Positions 28,806-38,935 are shown, counted from the first letter of the stretch. The stretch is DNA of 64,000 bases from an uncultured delta proteobacterium (GCA_963706575.1 CAVPNL010000003.1:128001-192000), one strand, 5' to 3'. Notes: generated by a model not told the origin, from the sequence alone. Numbers and translations: made by a program.

Positions 28806-29942
28806 ATGGGTACAAATAATTCAGTTTTTCTGGAAAATTTGGAATGGTTTGACAATACCGGCCAGGAGCTGGTCCACCGCCTGCCGGAAGAAGGTTCCGG
28901 GGAAATAAAGTATGGTGCTCAGCTCACCGTCAGAGAGAGCCAGGCCGGTGTTTTTTTCTATAAGGGTAAAGCGGTCGGCGCATTTGGTGCGGGAAGGCAC
29001 ACCCTGAAAACTGCCAATATACCCATTTTAACAAAAATCGCCAGTTTACCCTGGGCAGGCACAAGCCCCCTGCGCGCTGAAATGTATTTTATCAACTTGA
29101 AAGTATTCATCAATTTAAAATGGGGCACGCGCGATCCGGTGGCATTTAAGGATTCCGAACTGGGCCTGATTCGGCTGAGGGCATTCGGCGTATTCAACCT
29201 CCAGGTGGTTCAACCGGTCCTGTTTGTCAACAGCTTGGTCGGCACTCAGGGCATGTTTACCACTGCTGAAATTGAAGAATATTTAAATCGTGTAATCGTC
29301 TCGCGCTTTAACGATCATATGGGAGAATCAATTGATTCGGTTCTGAATCTGCCGTCAAAGTATGAGGAATTGTCCCAAGGACTCTCCGAGCGACTGGCGG
29401 AGGATTTCAGTCATTTTGGCATCCGCCTGACCCATCTCTACATTAATGCAATTACGCCACCGCCCGAGGTACAGCAGGCGATTGATGATCGCAGCCGCAT
29501 GGGTGTATTTGATGATATGAATAAACTGATGCAGATGAAAGCGGCCATGGCCATGGAAAAAGCGACTGAATCCGAAGGCGGCTCCGGTATGGGAATGGGA
29601 ACCGGACTCGGCTTAATGATGCCGGCAATGTTTGCGCAATATTTTGCCGGTGCCCAGCCCGGACAAAATCAGAAAGCGCCTGAATCAAAATGCCCCGAAT
29701 GCCATAATTCCATCCCGGCTCATTCAAAGTTCTGCCCGGATTGCGGCCATCAGCTTTTGGTTTTTGAGCAATGTGCGCACTGCTCGAAAAACCTTACCCC
29801 CACGGCCAAATTTTGTTCCCGCTGTGGTCATGCGGTGGCAGAAACGCCCGAAAAGAAATTCTGCCCGAATTGCGGAAATGAAAATCTTGCCGACGCAGAT
29901 TTTTGCAATGAATGTGGTGAAAAATTAGGAGAAGCGCATTAA
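28806..29942 (+). CDS. SPFH domain protein with C-terminal zinc ribbons (YdjI-like)
   Basis: GAQLTVRESQ, LKWGTRDP, RLRAFG, ITPPPEVQQAID; six CxxC motifs at the C-terminus. Confidence 0.88.
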   Translation: MGTNNSVFLENLEWFDNTGQELVHRLPEEGSGEIKYGAQLTVRESQAGVFFYKGKAVGAFGAGRHTLKTANIPILTKIASLPWAGTSPLRAEMYFINLKVFINLKWGTRDPVAFKDSELGLIRLRAFGVFNLQVVQPVLFVNSLVGTQGMFTTAEIEEYLNRVIVSRFNDHMGESIDSVLNLPSKYEELSQGLSERLAEDFSHFGIRLTHLYINAITPPPEVQQAIDDRSRMGVFDDMNKLMQMKAAMAMEKATESEGGSGMGMGTGLGLMMPAMFAQYFAGAQPGQNQKAPESKCPECHNSIPAHSKFCPDCGHQLLVFEQCAHCSKNLTPTAKFCSRCGHAVAETPEKKFCPNCGNENLADADFCNECGEKLGEAH

Positions 29943-31164
29943 TTTCCTGATTGAACATCAGTGCCCGCAGTGCGGCGCACCTGCCATTATGGAAGAAACG
30001 GACCGGCTCTTTACCTGCGAATTCTGCCGGGTGAAATCTTACCTGGTGGCCAAAGATGTGTTCCGTTATTTACTCCCCAGTCAGGCTCCGGAATCAAAAA
30101 ATCTATTGTACTTTCCCTATTGGCGCTTCAAAGGCATGCTGTTTTCCTGTGCGGGCAACAGTGTCGCACATAAATTTGTCGATGTAAGCCATCAGGCAGT
30201 CTTATCGCACTTGTTTCCGGTCAGCCTGGGTTTACGCAGCCAGGCATTGAAACTTAAATTTATAACGCCTGAAAACACAGGGCGATTTCTTAAACCTACC
30301 CAGTCCTTTGAGCAAGTCGAAAAAAATTTCGAGGACCGTTTTGGCAAGTCTTTGCCCAAACCTGTCCTGCACCAGACCCATATTGGCGAAACCCTCAGCC
30401 TGATTTATGCCCCCTTTTATCTACAACAGCGTCTATATGATGCCGTGCTCAACCGCCCCGTCTCAGCCGCACCGGCGGATGAATTTGAAATTGACCAACT
30501 GTCCGCTGAAAACCCGGATTGGCCGATTCATTTTATGGCAACCCTGTGCCCCCACTGCGGCTGGGATCTGGAAGGAAAAAAAGATTCCCTGGTGTTACTG
30601 TGCAAAAATTGTTCATCCGCCTGGTACCCGGTCGGTAAAAAATTAAAAAAAATCAAATTCGGCAAACACACAATCGATGACAACAATGCGATATATCTGC
30701 CTTTCTGGCGTATTCGCCCTGATATTTCCGGGTTAAACCTCGATAATTATGCTGATTTGATCCAAGTTGCCAATATCCCCAAGGTCATTCAACCCGGCTG
30801 GGAGGATATCGGTTTCCGATTCTGGGCACCGGCCTTTAAGGTTCGACCGAAGATATTTTTACAGCTTTCAAAAAACATGACCCTTTCGCAGCTTCATAAT
30901 GAAGCCGATGAGCAACTGCCCGAACATCGACATCACTCAATAACGCTTCCGGTAACCGAAGCCATTGAGAGCTTAAAAGTCAATCTGGCCAGTTTCCTTA
31001 AACCCAAAAATCGGCTTTCTGACATCCTGCCTTCAATTGAGGTTTCTGCCAAAAGCTTTGTGTTGATATATGTTCCTTTCATTGAAAAGCACCATGAATT
31101 CATCCAACCCCAGATACAGTTTGCCATTAACAAAAACATTATGGCACTTTCCGATAATTTATAA
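29938..31164 (+). CDS. Zinc-ribbon protein (YdjG-like), probably with an ATT start codon
   Basis: In-frame INFLIEHQCPQCG precedes the first ATG (29989); CEFC, CPHC and CKNC knuckles; duplicated Y-x-P-[FY]-W motif. Confidence 0.75.
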   Translation: MNFLIEHQCPQCGAPAIMEETDRLFTCEFCRVKSYLVAKDVFRYLLPSQAPESKNLLYFPYWRFKGMLFSCAGNSVAHKFVDVSHQAVLSHLFPVSLGLRSQALKLKFITPENTGRFLKPTQSFEQVEKNFEDRFGKSLPKPVLHQTHIGETLSLIYAPFYLQQRLYDAVLNRPVSAAPADEFEIDQLSAENPDWPIHFMATLCPHCGWDLEGKKDSLVLLCKNCSSAWYPVGKKLKKIKFGKHTIDDNNAIYLPFWRIRPDISGLNLDNYADLIQVANIPKVIQPGWEDIGFRFWAPAFKVRPKIFLQLSKNMTLSQLHNEADEQLPEHRHHSITLPVTEAIESLKVNLASFLKPKNRLSDILPSIEVSAKSFVLIYVPFIEKHHEFIQPQIQFAINKNIMALSDNL

Positions 31165-31176
31165 TCCCGCTTTCGC

Positions 31177-31348
31177 TAATTGGTTAATTAGTTCAATCGT
31201 AAAATAGTCGGATGATTTTATCCATTTCATACTAGAACCCATTTGACCAACGATGAAACGACTTACATTGAAAATCATAAGGAATTATGCGATAAATAAG
31301 GTGCAGATATATTCCTTTGATAACTAATTGACTATTCGACTATCTAAC
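31177..31348. repeat. Periodic inverted-arm repeat (8-nt unit, degenerate)
   Basis: TAATTGGT TAATTAGT TCAATCGT AAAATAGT ... AACTAATT GACTATTC GACTATCT. Confidence 0.55.
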
Positions 31349-31350
31349 AA

Positions 31351-32262
31351 ATGGTAGAGCCCAAGCCACCTTCCCCGGATGCCCTGATCGACCTATTTTT
31401 GAACTATTTACTGGTCGAAAAGGGATTGGCGCAAAAAACGCTTGAAGCGTACAGCCGGGATATCATCCGATACCGCAATTTTCTGGCTGTGAATAAATCG
31501 ACTGGCTTTTCCGAAGAAGATACACCCCTGCTTCTGAAGCATTTAATTCTTCTCAGAAAAGACGGTTTGAAGGCGCGCTCAAGGGCGCGGCATCTGGTCG
31601 CCATCAGAGGTTTCTATCGATTTCTGGTTCAGGAAAAAATCCTGCGGAATGACCCTGCCCGACTGATTGATCTTCCGAAGTCCGGTTTAAAATTGCCCCA
31701 CGTTTTGTCAAAAGAAGAAATTGAACTTTTACTGAATACTCCGGATATCGCCAAACCGATCGGCCTCAGGGATGCAGCCATGCTGGAACTCATGTATGCA
31801 GCCGGTTTGCGAGTCTCTGAGCTGATTAATTTAAAGTTACAGGATATCAATCTGGAAGCCGGATTTGTTCGCATCTTCGGTAAAGGTTCCAGAGAAAGGA
31901 TTGTACCGATCGGGGCTCATGCAAGAGAAAAAGTCAATACCTATCTAAAAACCGTCAGATCGAAGCGTTTAAAGCAAACATCTAGCCCGTATCTTTTTAT
32001 TGCCCGTGCCGCCAAACCGATGACCCGCCAGGGATTTTGGAAGTTGTTGCGTCGCTATGCGATGCAGGCGGGACTTAAAAAGAAAATTACACCTCACAGT
32101 TTAAGACATTCGTTTGCCAGTCACCTGCTCGAAGGCGGTGCCGACCTGAGGGCGGTTCAGGTCATGTTAGGTCATGTGGATATTTCTACAACCCAGATTT
32201 ATACCCACGTTACCCGCGATCATCTTAAAAAACTACATCAAAAATTTCATCCCCGAGGATAG
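31351..32262 (+). CDS. xerD: Tyrosine recombinase XerD
   Basis: RDAAMLELMYAAGLRVSEL, GKGSRERIVP, MTRQGFW, TPHSLRHSFASHLLEGGADLRAVQVMLGHVDISTTQIYTHV, HPRG. Confidence 0.95.
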   Translation: MVEPKPPSPDALIDLFLNYLLVEKGLAQKTLEAYSRDIIRYRNFLAVNKSTGFSEEDTPLLLKHLILLRKDGLKARSRARHLVAIRGFYRFLVQEKILRNDPARLIDLPKSGLKLPHVLSKEEIELLLNTPDIAKPIGLRDAAMLELMYAAGLRVSELINLKLQDINLEAGFVRIFGKGSRERIVPIGAHAREKVNTYLKTVRSKRLKQTSSPYLFIARAAKPMTRQGFWKLLRRYAMQAGLKKKITPHSLRHSFASHLLEGGADLRAVQVMLGHVDISTTQIYTHVTRDHLKKLHQKFHPRG

Positions 32263-32318
32263 ACCACCCGCTTCAGATACGGATCCAATAATATCCCCGG
32301 CAATCGCACCAATCATTG

Positions 32319-32567
32319 TCAGTCAATTCGACTGTCAACATTGGCGGGCATTGCACAAAAATCGACATGCTCAAGGGATGAAACAAAAATTTTACAAGGC
32401 GGGCAAAATTTTTTGGGTTTGCCCCTGCCAGACCAGAGCATCTTCATGCGATGATCGCTGCCACATTTGGGGCAAACACATTTAACCGTAAGAGGTTCTC
32501 TCAATTTGACATGATGAACAAGCTTTTCCTCGCCTTTTAAACACTGATCTCTTTTGGATGCGGCCAT
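32319..32567 (-). CDS. Small hypothetical zinc-binding protein
   Basis: CVCPKCG..H and FCPPC motifs; SD AAGGAG upstream of the ATG. Confidence 0.7.
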   Translation of the reverse strand: MAASKRDQCLKGEEKLVHHVKLREPLTVKCVCPKCGSDHRMKMLWSGRGKPKKFCPPCKIFVSSLEHVDFCAMPANVDSRID

Positions 32568-32750
32568 CTCAATATCTCCTTAAGGTAAAAAAATAAAATC
32601 ATGTCCGTGGGCCTGTTCCAAGATTCCCCCTTTTGTTTTGGACCGCTCCTTTCCTGTGTGTTTTAACGATAGTTTTTCAGGCATCGAAGTTTCAATGCTT
32701 CCGCAGCGTTGGCGTTAACCAATGCCGATTCAGTTGTCAATTCAATGGTC

Positions 32751-32903
32751 CTATTTATTCTTCCTTTTATACTTCTTTAAAAGATCGCTAATTGCTTCTT
32801 CGAGCAAAGCACCCAGAGATTTGTCCAGATCAACGGCAAGATGCTTGAGCGCTTTGAGTTTGCCCTCGTCAATCCGGGTAGAAAATGTTTTCTTTTTACT
32901 CAT
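32751..32903 (-). CDS. Ribbon-helix-helix DNA-binding protein (50 aa, not in the ORF track)
   Basis: MSKKKTFSTRIDEGKLKALKHLAVDLDKSLGALLEEAISDLLKKYKRKNK*: beta strand FSTRI followed by two helices. Confidence 0.8.
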   Translation of the reverse strand: MSKKKTFSTRIDEGKLKALKHLAVDLDKSLGALLEEAISDLLKKYKRKNK

Positions 32904-33163
32904 GCGATAAAACTTATATTAAATAAAAATATAAATCAAGAAAAAAATAAATAAATAATACATTTAATCTTATTTATATAATTCTTTCAAAATTTAATGC
33001 TTTTAATATTTAGGCCGGTTATAGTCTTCTGAAGCGCTTGATTTAGCGTCGATTCAAATTGTAAGTCCGTATGAGATTCTGGTTATCAATTGAGGACAAA
33101 ACGTGAAGCCGGGAGCTTAAGCGCCTTTTGAAGAGATGACTTTGTTGGCAGGACAAAATTGTT

Positions 33164-33586
33164 CTACAATTTTAAGAGATCGACTGGTATAATCCGAAAG
33201 GTCCCCTGCCCCATCGCTACCAACTCACCGTTTGAATTGTGAATATCAGCGCGTACGAAACTGGATCGCCCCGTCTTGTGCGTGCTCCAGGCGGTGCACA
33301 CAAACGCGTCGCTTTTGGCCGGCCGGGTATAATGAATATCGATGTTGATGGTCGTACAATTAAAACCGGATTCCAGCTGCGACCATATCGCCCAGGCCAT
33401 AGTCGTATCGATGAGTGTAAATAACACGCCGCCATGGGGTTGTTCCGGAAACGGCCAGCATAAAGCCGGTTTCGGAATTAAACGCGAGCGGGCTTTACCG
33501 TCTTCAGCCGCTTCAATCTGAATCCCTATCGCCTGGTAAAGCGAATTAACGTTCAATTGATCTAAAATGGTTGCTGTTATTTCCAT
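33164..33586 (-). CDS. PaaI family hot-dog thioesterase
   Basis: HGGVLFTLIDTTM, TINIDIHYTRP, GELVAMGQGTF. Confidence 0.9.
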   Translation of the reverse strand: MEITATILDQLNVNSLYQAIGIQIEAAEDGKARSRLIPKPALCWPFPEQPHGGVLFTLIDTTMAWAIWSQLESGFNCTTINIDIHYTRPAKSDAFVCTAWSTHKTGRSSFVRADIHNSNGELVAMGQGTFRIIPVDLLKL

Positions 33587-34088
33587 AGAGTTACCTTTCC
33601 TTTCTTAAATCGTATTTGCACCTGAATTTTGCACCCAATGTCTCTGTACTGCTTATACCAAATTAATGTATCTAACCAACCTCGAGTCAAATTGGAAGAT
33701 TTCAAAATTCAGGTATTAAATCAAAAAATTTTATAAAGGGCAAAAACCCATTAAATGGTCTGAACAGCTCCGTACAAGTCTTACATACCATTGAAGCGGT
33801 AATATTTCAGAACTGCACGCCGTTTGCTTTAAAACCTTTACCATTGCTCCTTTTTTTGCTATTTTTTTCTATTGTTTTAGCATCTGGCCATCTCCAGTCT
33901 TTTGAATTGGTTGCTGGCAAACCCAACTGCTACAGAAACTCCAGATGGTGCTCAATTATTTTTTACTAATACCTGAATTTTGGTACAAAATTCAAGTGAC
34001 GATTCGATTCTGGAAGTGATACCGGCTGGCTCGATCGACGGCATTATCGTTGGCTGTAAATTTGCCGGCGTGAATTATCCTAAAGCAG

Positions 34089-34577
34089 GTGAATCCTTTG
34101 AACGTTGCCCTCATCATCTTCGGATTAATTTTAGCCATTGCCGGCATGGTCGGGTGCATTTTACCCATTATTCCCGGGCCAATCCTCAGTTATTCTGCCC
34201 TGATACTTCTTTCCTGGATAAAAAATTGGCAGATCTTCAGTCAGACATTTTTAATAGTCATGGGCATACTGACTGCCTTACTGATCATACTGGATTATGT
34301 TGCCCCAGCGCTGGGGGCTAAAAAATATGGTGCCTCGAAACACGGTCTGTGGGGGTCGGCGATCGGTATGATTATCGGCATATTCTTTATCCCGCCCTGG
34401 GGCATGATCGTGGGCGCCTTTATCGGGGCCCTGGTGGGAGAACTGGCATCCGGAAAATCGGGCGGCAAAGCCCTGCGCGCGGGATGGGGCATACTGATTG
34501 GAAATGTACTCGGAATCGGCCTAAAACTGGCTTTCACCACTGTTGTCCTTTTTTATTACGTCAAGGAGATGTTTTAG
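34089..34577 (+). CDS. DUF456 (YqgC-like) membrane protein
   Basis: GCILPIIPGP, GAKKYGASK, GMIVGAFIGALVGEL. Confidence 0.88.
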   Translation: MNPLNVALIIFGLILAIAGMVGCILPIIPGPILSYSALILLSWIKNWQIFSQTFLIVMGILTALLIILDYVAPALGAKKYGASKHGLWGSAIGMIIGIFFIPPWGMIVGAFIGALVGELASGKSGGKALRAGWGILIGNVLGIGLKLAFTTVVLFYYVKEMF

Positions 34578-34590
34578 AAGCTGAGAACAA

Positions 34591-34698
34591 CGACTTTCCC
34601 GATCGGCCTGCGCCTTGATGCATACCTTAATCTTTTAAGATCAGATATGTAATCCCGCAGCAGCGGGGCCATGAACCCTAATCCACATTTTTGAGATG
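34591..34698. mobile_element. Partial hairpin element copy D with the nested insert
   Basis: CTTTCCCGATCGGCCTG-CGCCTTG is the reverse complement of 3171-3195; CCATGAACCCTAATCCACATTTTTGAGATG resembles 27986-28015. Confidence 0.7.
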
Positions 34699-35055
34699 CC
34701 AGAGGCATCCGCCGGATCCGAGATAAATGCACTTAAATCCTTTGTTGACTTCTCCTAAGGCGCGGGCGAACAAACGAATTTCTTCTTCACTTGAAATCAG
34801 TGCATTGATAACCATATCTGCAAAAAAAGTAATGATGCCTTCTTTTGAACAGCAGGCGCTCAAACGATTTTTATAGCACTTTAGCGTGCATACATCGGAC
34901 AGATGCGCCAATAAAAATTCATCGATATTTTTGCGAAACACAAGGTATTCTGCAATTAGATCACATAACGCCTGCCGGTCTTCTTCAGACAGTGATTGCA
35001 GGTGTTCAAGCACCATTTCGAGTGCATCAATCTGCTCTTGTTGGTAGGAACTCAT
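34678..35055 (-). pseudogene. Cys-rich hypothetical protein (CxxxC...CC...CIYL..GCLW), apparently truncated by hairpin element D
   Basis: The ORF runs into element sequence at CATCTCAAA and stops 3 codons later, in the middle of a Cys-cluster motif. Confidence 0.55.
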
Positions 35056-35225
35056 TTTATTCCAAATGCCTCCTGCCAACTTAATCTGCTGGTAATCGTT
35101 TTATCATAGATAATAACTTTTATGCTCAAACAAATAGCGCATAAAATAGAAAAAGCAGCTCAAGGAAACCGATCCTTTAAACTGCTTCTTCCGGCAACTC
35201 ATTGTTAAAGTGAAACGGATTTTAA

Positions 35226-35606
35226 TTATGCGCCGACGTAAATTCCTCTGCCGACCTTTTTGATTTTGCCTTCTTTGGAAGCTCTAAAAATAATATTTCT
35301 AACCTTTTTGTCTTCAAATCCGGTTTTTGCCCTCAGAGTAGGCACATTAACGCCTTTGCGGGATCTTTTGATAATTTTCAGAATTTGTTCTGTTGATGTC
35401 GTCTTTTTTGCTGCTTTTTTTCTGGGAGTCGCTTTTTTGACGGCAACGGCACGTTTGGTTTTGGCCCTAACGCTTTTCCTTTTTGCCTTTTTTGCCGTTT
35501 TTGGTTTCTGGGGTTTCCCGTAAGCGTTTAACAATTTCTCCATTTTCTTCTCAAGTGCTTTGATGTCTCTTTTAACTGCTTGCAAATCTTTTTTTAAAAT
35601 AGCCAT
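35226..35606 (-). CDS. Lys-rich protein: coiled coil, histone-H1-like linker and C-terminal winged helix
   Basis: Strong SD AAGGAGG; KTAKKAKRK/KKAAKK linker; EQILKIIKRSRKGVNVPTLRAKTGF..KIKKVGRGIY. Confidence 0.8.
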   Translation of the reverse strand: MAILKKDLQAVKRDIKALEKKMEKLLNAYGKPQKPKTAKKAKRKSVRAKTKRAVAVKKATPRKKAAKKTTSTEQILKIIKRSRKGVNVPTLRAKTGFEDKKVRNIIFRASKEGKIKKVGRGIYVGA

Positions 35607-36129
35607 AATGTGCTTCCTCCTTCAATTTTTAACAAACGTTTGTCTTTAATTCGCAATTCATATTTGCCTATATATTCTAACAGGATTTTTAAAGAAAACA
35701 ACCTTTAACCGCATTTATAATGTACAATTCTTTTACTTTCAGTGCAGCGTCATCAATTTCAATCTAGCAGGAATAATTTAGCTCAACTGTCGGCTGTAAG
35801 GTTGTTCTACTGAAATTCAATTTAGCTAGTAGATGAGATAGTAATAAAAAGATTATCGGTAAGTTCTAATTTTGTCAAGCAATAAAAGAAGAATAAAAAA
35901 GTAAAAGATAGTAAAGTCAATCATGAATTCGCCGGTCCCCTTTTCTTTTGTCTTAAGGGCTGTGATAGGTTTCATGTGTTCAATAATTTTTTTTGATAAA
36001 CCATCTTGCAAAAATCATCGTTTTTGATATAAAGATCTCTTTCATCGTAATGATTGATGCCCGGGATTTTTCAGAAGCTGAGACCAGGAATTATTTCATA
36101 GAAAATGAAAATTAAATTGGAGACAAATA

Positions 36130-36627
36130 ATGAAATTAACCGACATAGCACAGTTGGAAACATGGATCGCGCTTGAAAAAGATATTCATAAAAAATCCGG
36201 CCTGGATGTAAATGTTTTTGACACAAAAGGCTACAGAATATCTGAATTTAAAAACTGGGCCAATCGACTATGTCCTGAAATTAAAGCGACCGATAAAGGA
36301 CAGAGTTTTATCTGCGCACCGGCACATATGAACATTGCCACTTTAGCGATGCGGTCAAAACAGCCCGTTATTGAAGAATGCGATGCCGGAATGCTCAAGC
36401 TGGTTGTGCCTATTATTTTAAATGACGAATATATCGGGGCTGTCGGCGCATGCGGTTTCCTCCTCGATGATGGAGAGGTGGACAGCTTTCTGGTAAACAA
36501 AATGACGGATATCAACGAAGATAGGGTAGAAAGATTGTCCGAAGGTATTGACAGCATAACTACTGAGAAAGCTGAAATCCTTGCTCAATACATTGTGAGT
36601 CAAATTGCAGGGATCGTTACAAATTAA
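36130..36627 (+). CDS. Stand-alone PocR ligand-binding domain protein
   Basis: NRLC..I, FIC, EECDAGMLKLVVPI..IGAVGACG pattern. Confidence 0.8.
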   Translation: MKLTDIAQLETWIALEKDIHKKSGLDVNVFDTKGYRISEFKNWANRLCPEIKATDKGQSFICAPAHMNIATLAMRSKQPVIEECDAGMLKLVVPIILNDEYIGAVGACGFLLDDGEVDSFLVNKMTDINEDRVERLSEGIDSITTEKAEILAQYIVSQIAGIVTN

Positions 36628-36804
36628 ATGACCTATTTTTGAGGACAGATTCCTTTCGGGATTAAACGAATTGATCGTAATCAACCTCAGCTATGATTTC
36701 AATGCAGTTGACAGATTGACTCTAATTGTGAATTAATACCAACAATCTTTTTCAACAAATTCACCCCGACCGCCAGACACTATTTAGCCTTCGGAGCTAA
36801 TCCT

Positions 36805-37359
36805 ATGAATAAGGTGATCATTTCAATCGTGGGACATGACAGATCCGGCATTATTGCCGCCGCGTCCAAGGTGCTTTTCGAACAAAATTGCAATATTGAA
36901 AACGTCAGTCAGTCAACACTTCAATTAGTATTTGCAGGTATTTTCATCGCCTCCACGCCCGAAGATCTTGCGGTGGAATCCCTGCATAAAAGTCTAACTG
37001 CTGAAATGGCGCCCCTGGGCCTTGATGTCCATATCACCTCGCTTGAGCCTGCCGCAGCTCCGATCGCACCGTCGCAAGATGAAGCCTACATTATTACAAC
37101 GAAGGGGCCTGACCGCAAAGGGCTGGTGGCCGGTATCAGCGAAGTTATCGCTCGATTCGAAGGCAACATCACCAACCTGCAGGCCGTTTTTAAAGGCGGT
37201 GATGATCCCGGTGATAATATTATGATTTACGAGGTTGACATCCCGCCGCGGACCGATCAGCAATCCCTGTATCGCGAATTGAAAAAGCGGGCGAATGAAT
37301 TGAAGCTGGAGATTGATATCCAACATCGCAATATTTTTGAAGCGATACACCGCATTTAA
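36805..37359 (+). CDS. Double ACT domain protein (GcvR-like)
   Basis: ISIVGHDRSGIIA and ITTKGPDRKGLVAGI; C-terminal QHRNIFEAIHRI; precedes DUF711. Confidence 0.88.
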   Translation: MNKVIISIVGHDRSGIIAAASKVLFEQNCNIENVSQSTLQLVFAGIFIASTPEDLAVESLHKSLTAEMAPLGLDVHITSLEPAAAPIAPSQDEAYIITTKGPDRKGLVAGISEVIARFEGNITNLQAVFKGGDDPGDNIMIYEVDIPPRTDQQSLYRELKKRANELKLEIDIQHRNIFEAIHRI

Positions 37360-37363
37360 CTCA

Positions 37364-37485
37364 AGGTGATAGGTGTCAGGTGTCAGCAAACAGATGATAG
37401 AACTCGAAATCTGATAATCCGCGAGTCATCAGGTTCGTAATCCTGACACCTGAAACCTACTGATTCCTGACATCTGACACCTGAA
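37364..37485. repeat. Periodic inverted-arm repeat (7-nt unit)
   Basis: AGGTGAT AGGTGTC AGGTGTC AG ... CTGACAC CTGAAAC CT..CTGATTC CTGACAT CTGACAC CTGA. Confidence 0.75.
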
Positions 37486-37497
37486 TAGAAGGTAAAA

Positions 37498-38872
37498 ATG
37501 CTAACCCAACGAGAAATCCTGTCCACCATTGAAATGCTTAAAAATGAGCACCTTGACGTGCGCACCGTAACGCTGGGCGTCAATTTACTGGATTGTGCCA
37601 GCCATGATCTGGCAAAACTTAAAAAAAAGATCCACACCCGAATCTCCCATTATGCCGGCAATCTGGTTAGTGCCTGTAATCATATCGGTGAAAAATACGG
37701 CATCCCGGTGGTCAATAAACGAATAGCGGTCAGCCCTATTGCCGCAGTGGGTGCGGCCATGTCATCTTCACAACTGGTGGATGTCGCTCGGGTTTTGGAC
37801 GAGGCTGCCGCAGGGGTTGATGTCGATTTTATCGGCGGCTTTACAGCGCTGGTCGAAAAAGGAACCGCCCGTGGTGATAGGGCCCTGATAGAGGCGATTC
37901 CGCGAGCCCTGGCTGAGACGGATCGAGTGTGTGCTTCGGTGAATGTCGCCTCGACCAAGGCCGGCATCAATATGGATGCGGTTTTATTAATGGGCAAAGC
38001 CATCAAACAGGCTGCCCGGCTTACCGCCAAAAGCGATGGAATTGCCTGTGCAAAGCTTTGTGTGTTTGCCAACATTCCACAGGATATCCCCTTTATGGCC
38101 GGTGCCTATTTAGGCATCGGCGAAGCCGACGCGGTGATCAATGTGGGGGTCAGCGGACCGGGGGTCGTAAAGAATGCCGTGGATCGAGCCCTTGAAGCCC
38201 AGCCCGGGACTAGATCTGGGGCAAATATCAGATTTGATCAAAAAGACCGCCTATAAAGTCACCCGGGTTGGTGAGCTCATTGGCCGGGAGGTTGCCGACC
38301 ACCTCAATATTCGATTTGGCGTTGTCGACCTATCGCTGGCGCCGACGCCCAATGTGGGCGATAGTGTCGGGGAAATATTCCAGAGTCTGGGACTTTTGAG
38401 CATCGGTGTGCCCGGCACCACCGCCGCCCTGGCACTGATCAATGATGCCGTCAAAAAAGGCGGCGCATTTGCCAGTTCCAGGGTGGGGGGCTTGAGCGGT
38501 GCGTTTATTCCCGTCAGTGAAGACCTGAATATTTCCGAAGCGGCCCGAAAGGGTCACATCTGCCTAGAAAAGCTGGAGGCCATCACGGCCGTATGCTCGG
38601 TGGGATTGGATATGATTGCCCTGCCGGGCGATACCACCGATGAAACCATTGCCGCCATTATTGCCGACGAAATGTCGATCGGTGTCATCAACAATAAAAC
38701 AACCGCCACCCGCTTAATCCCGGTGCCCGGCAAAAAGGCCGGTGACAGCGCCTATTTTGGAGGGCTGCTGGGCCAGTCTACGATTCTCCCGGTAAACAAC
38801 GGCTCTAACCCGAATCCATTTATTCGACGCGGTGGTCTCATCCCCGCTCCGATACGAAGTCTGACAAACTGA
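37498..38872 (+). pseudogene. DUF711 / UPF0210 (PFL-like) protein split by a +1 frameshift at 38206-38208
   Basis: LDVRTVTLG, NKRIAVSP, VGVSGPGVV in the first frame; [37 protein letters not shown] in the second. CCCGGGACTA has one extra G. Confidence 0.85.
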
Positions 38873-38906
38873 AGAAGCACATCCGAAAAAGCGCTGTCTA
38901 AAATAA

Positions 38907-38935
38907 ATGCCGGGACCCAATAAATATCCCGGCAT
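38907..38935. terminator. Terminator-like hairpin between convergent genes
   Basis: ATGCCGGGA...TCCCGGCAT. Confidence 0.55.

Noticed and set aside
31351..32262. Prophage or island integrase
   Set aside because: Motifs (TRQGFW, LLEGGADLRAVQ, HPRG) match housekeeping XerD; there are no att sites or phage genes nearby
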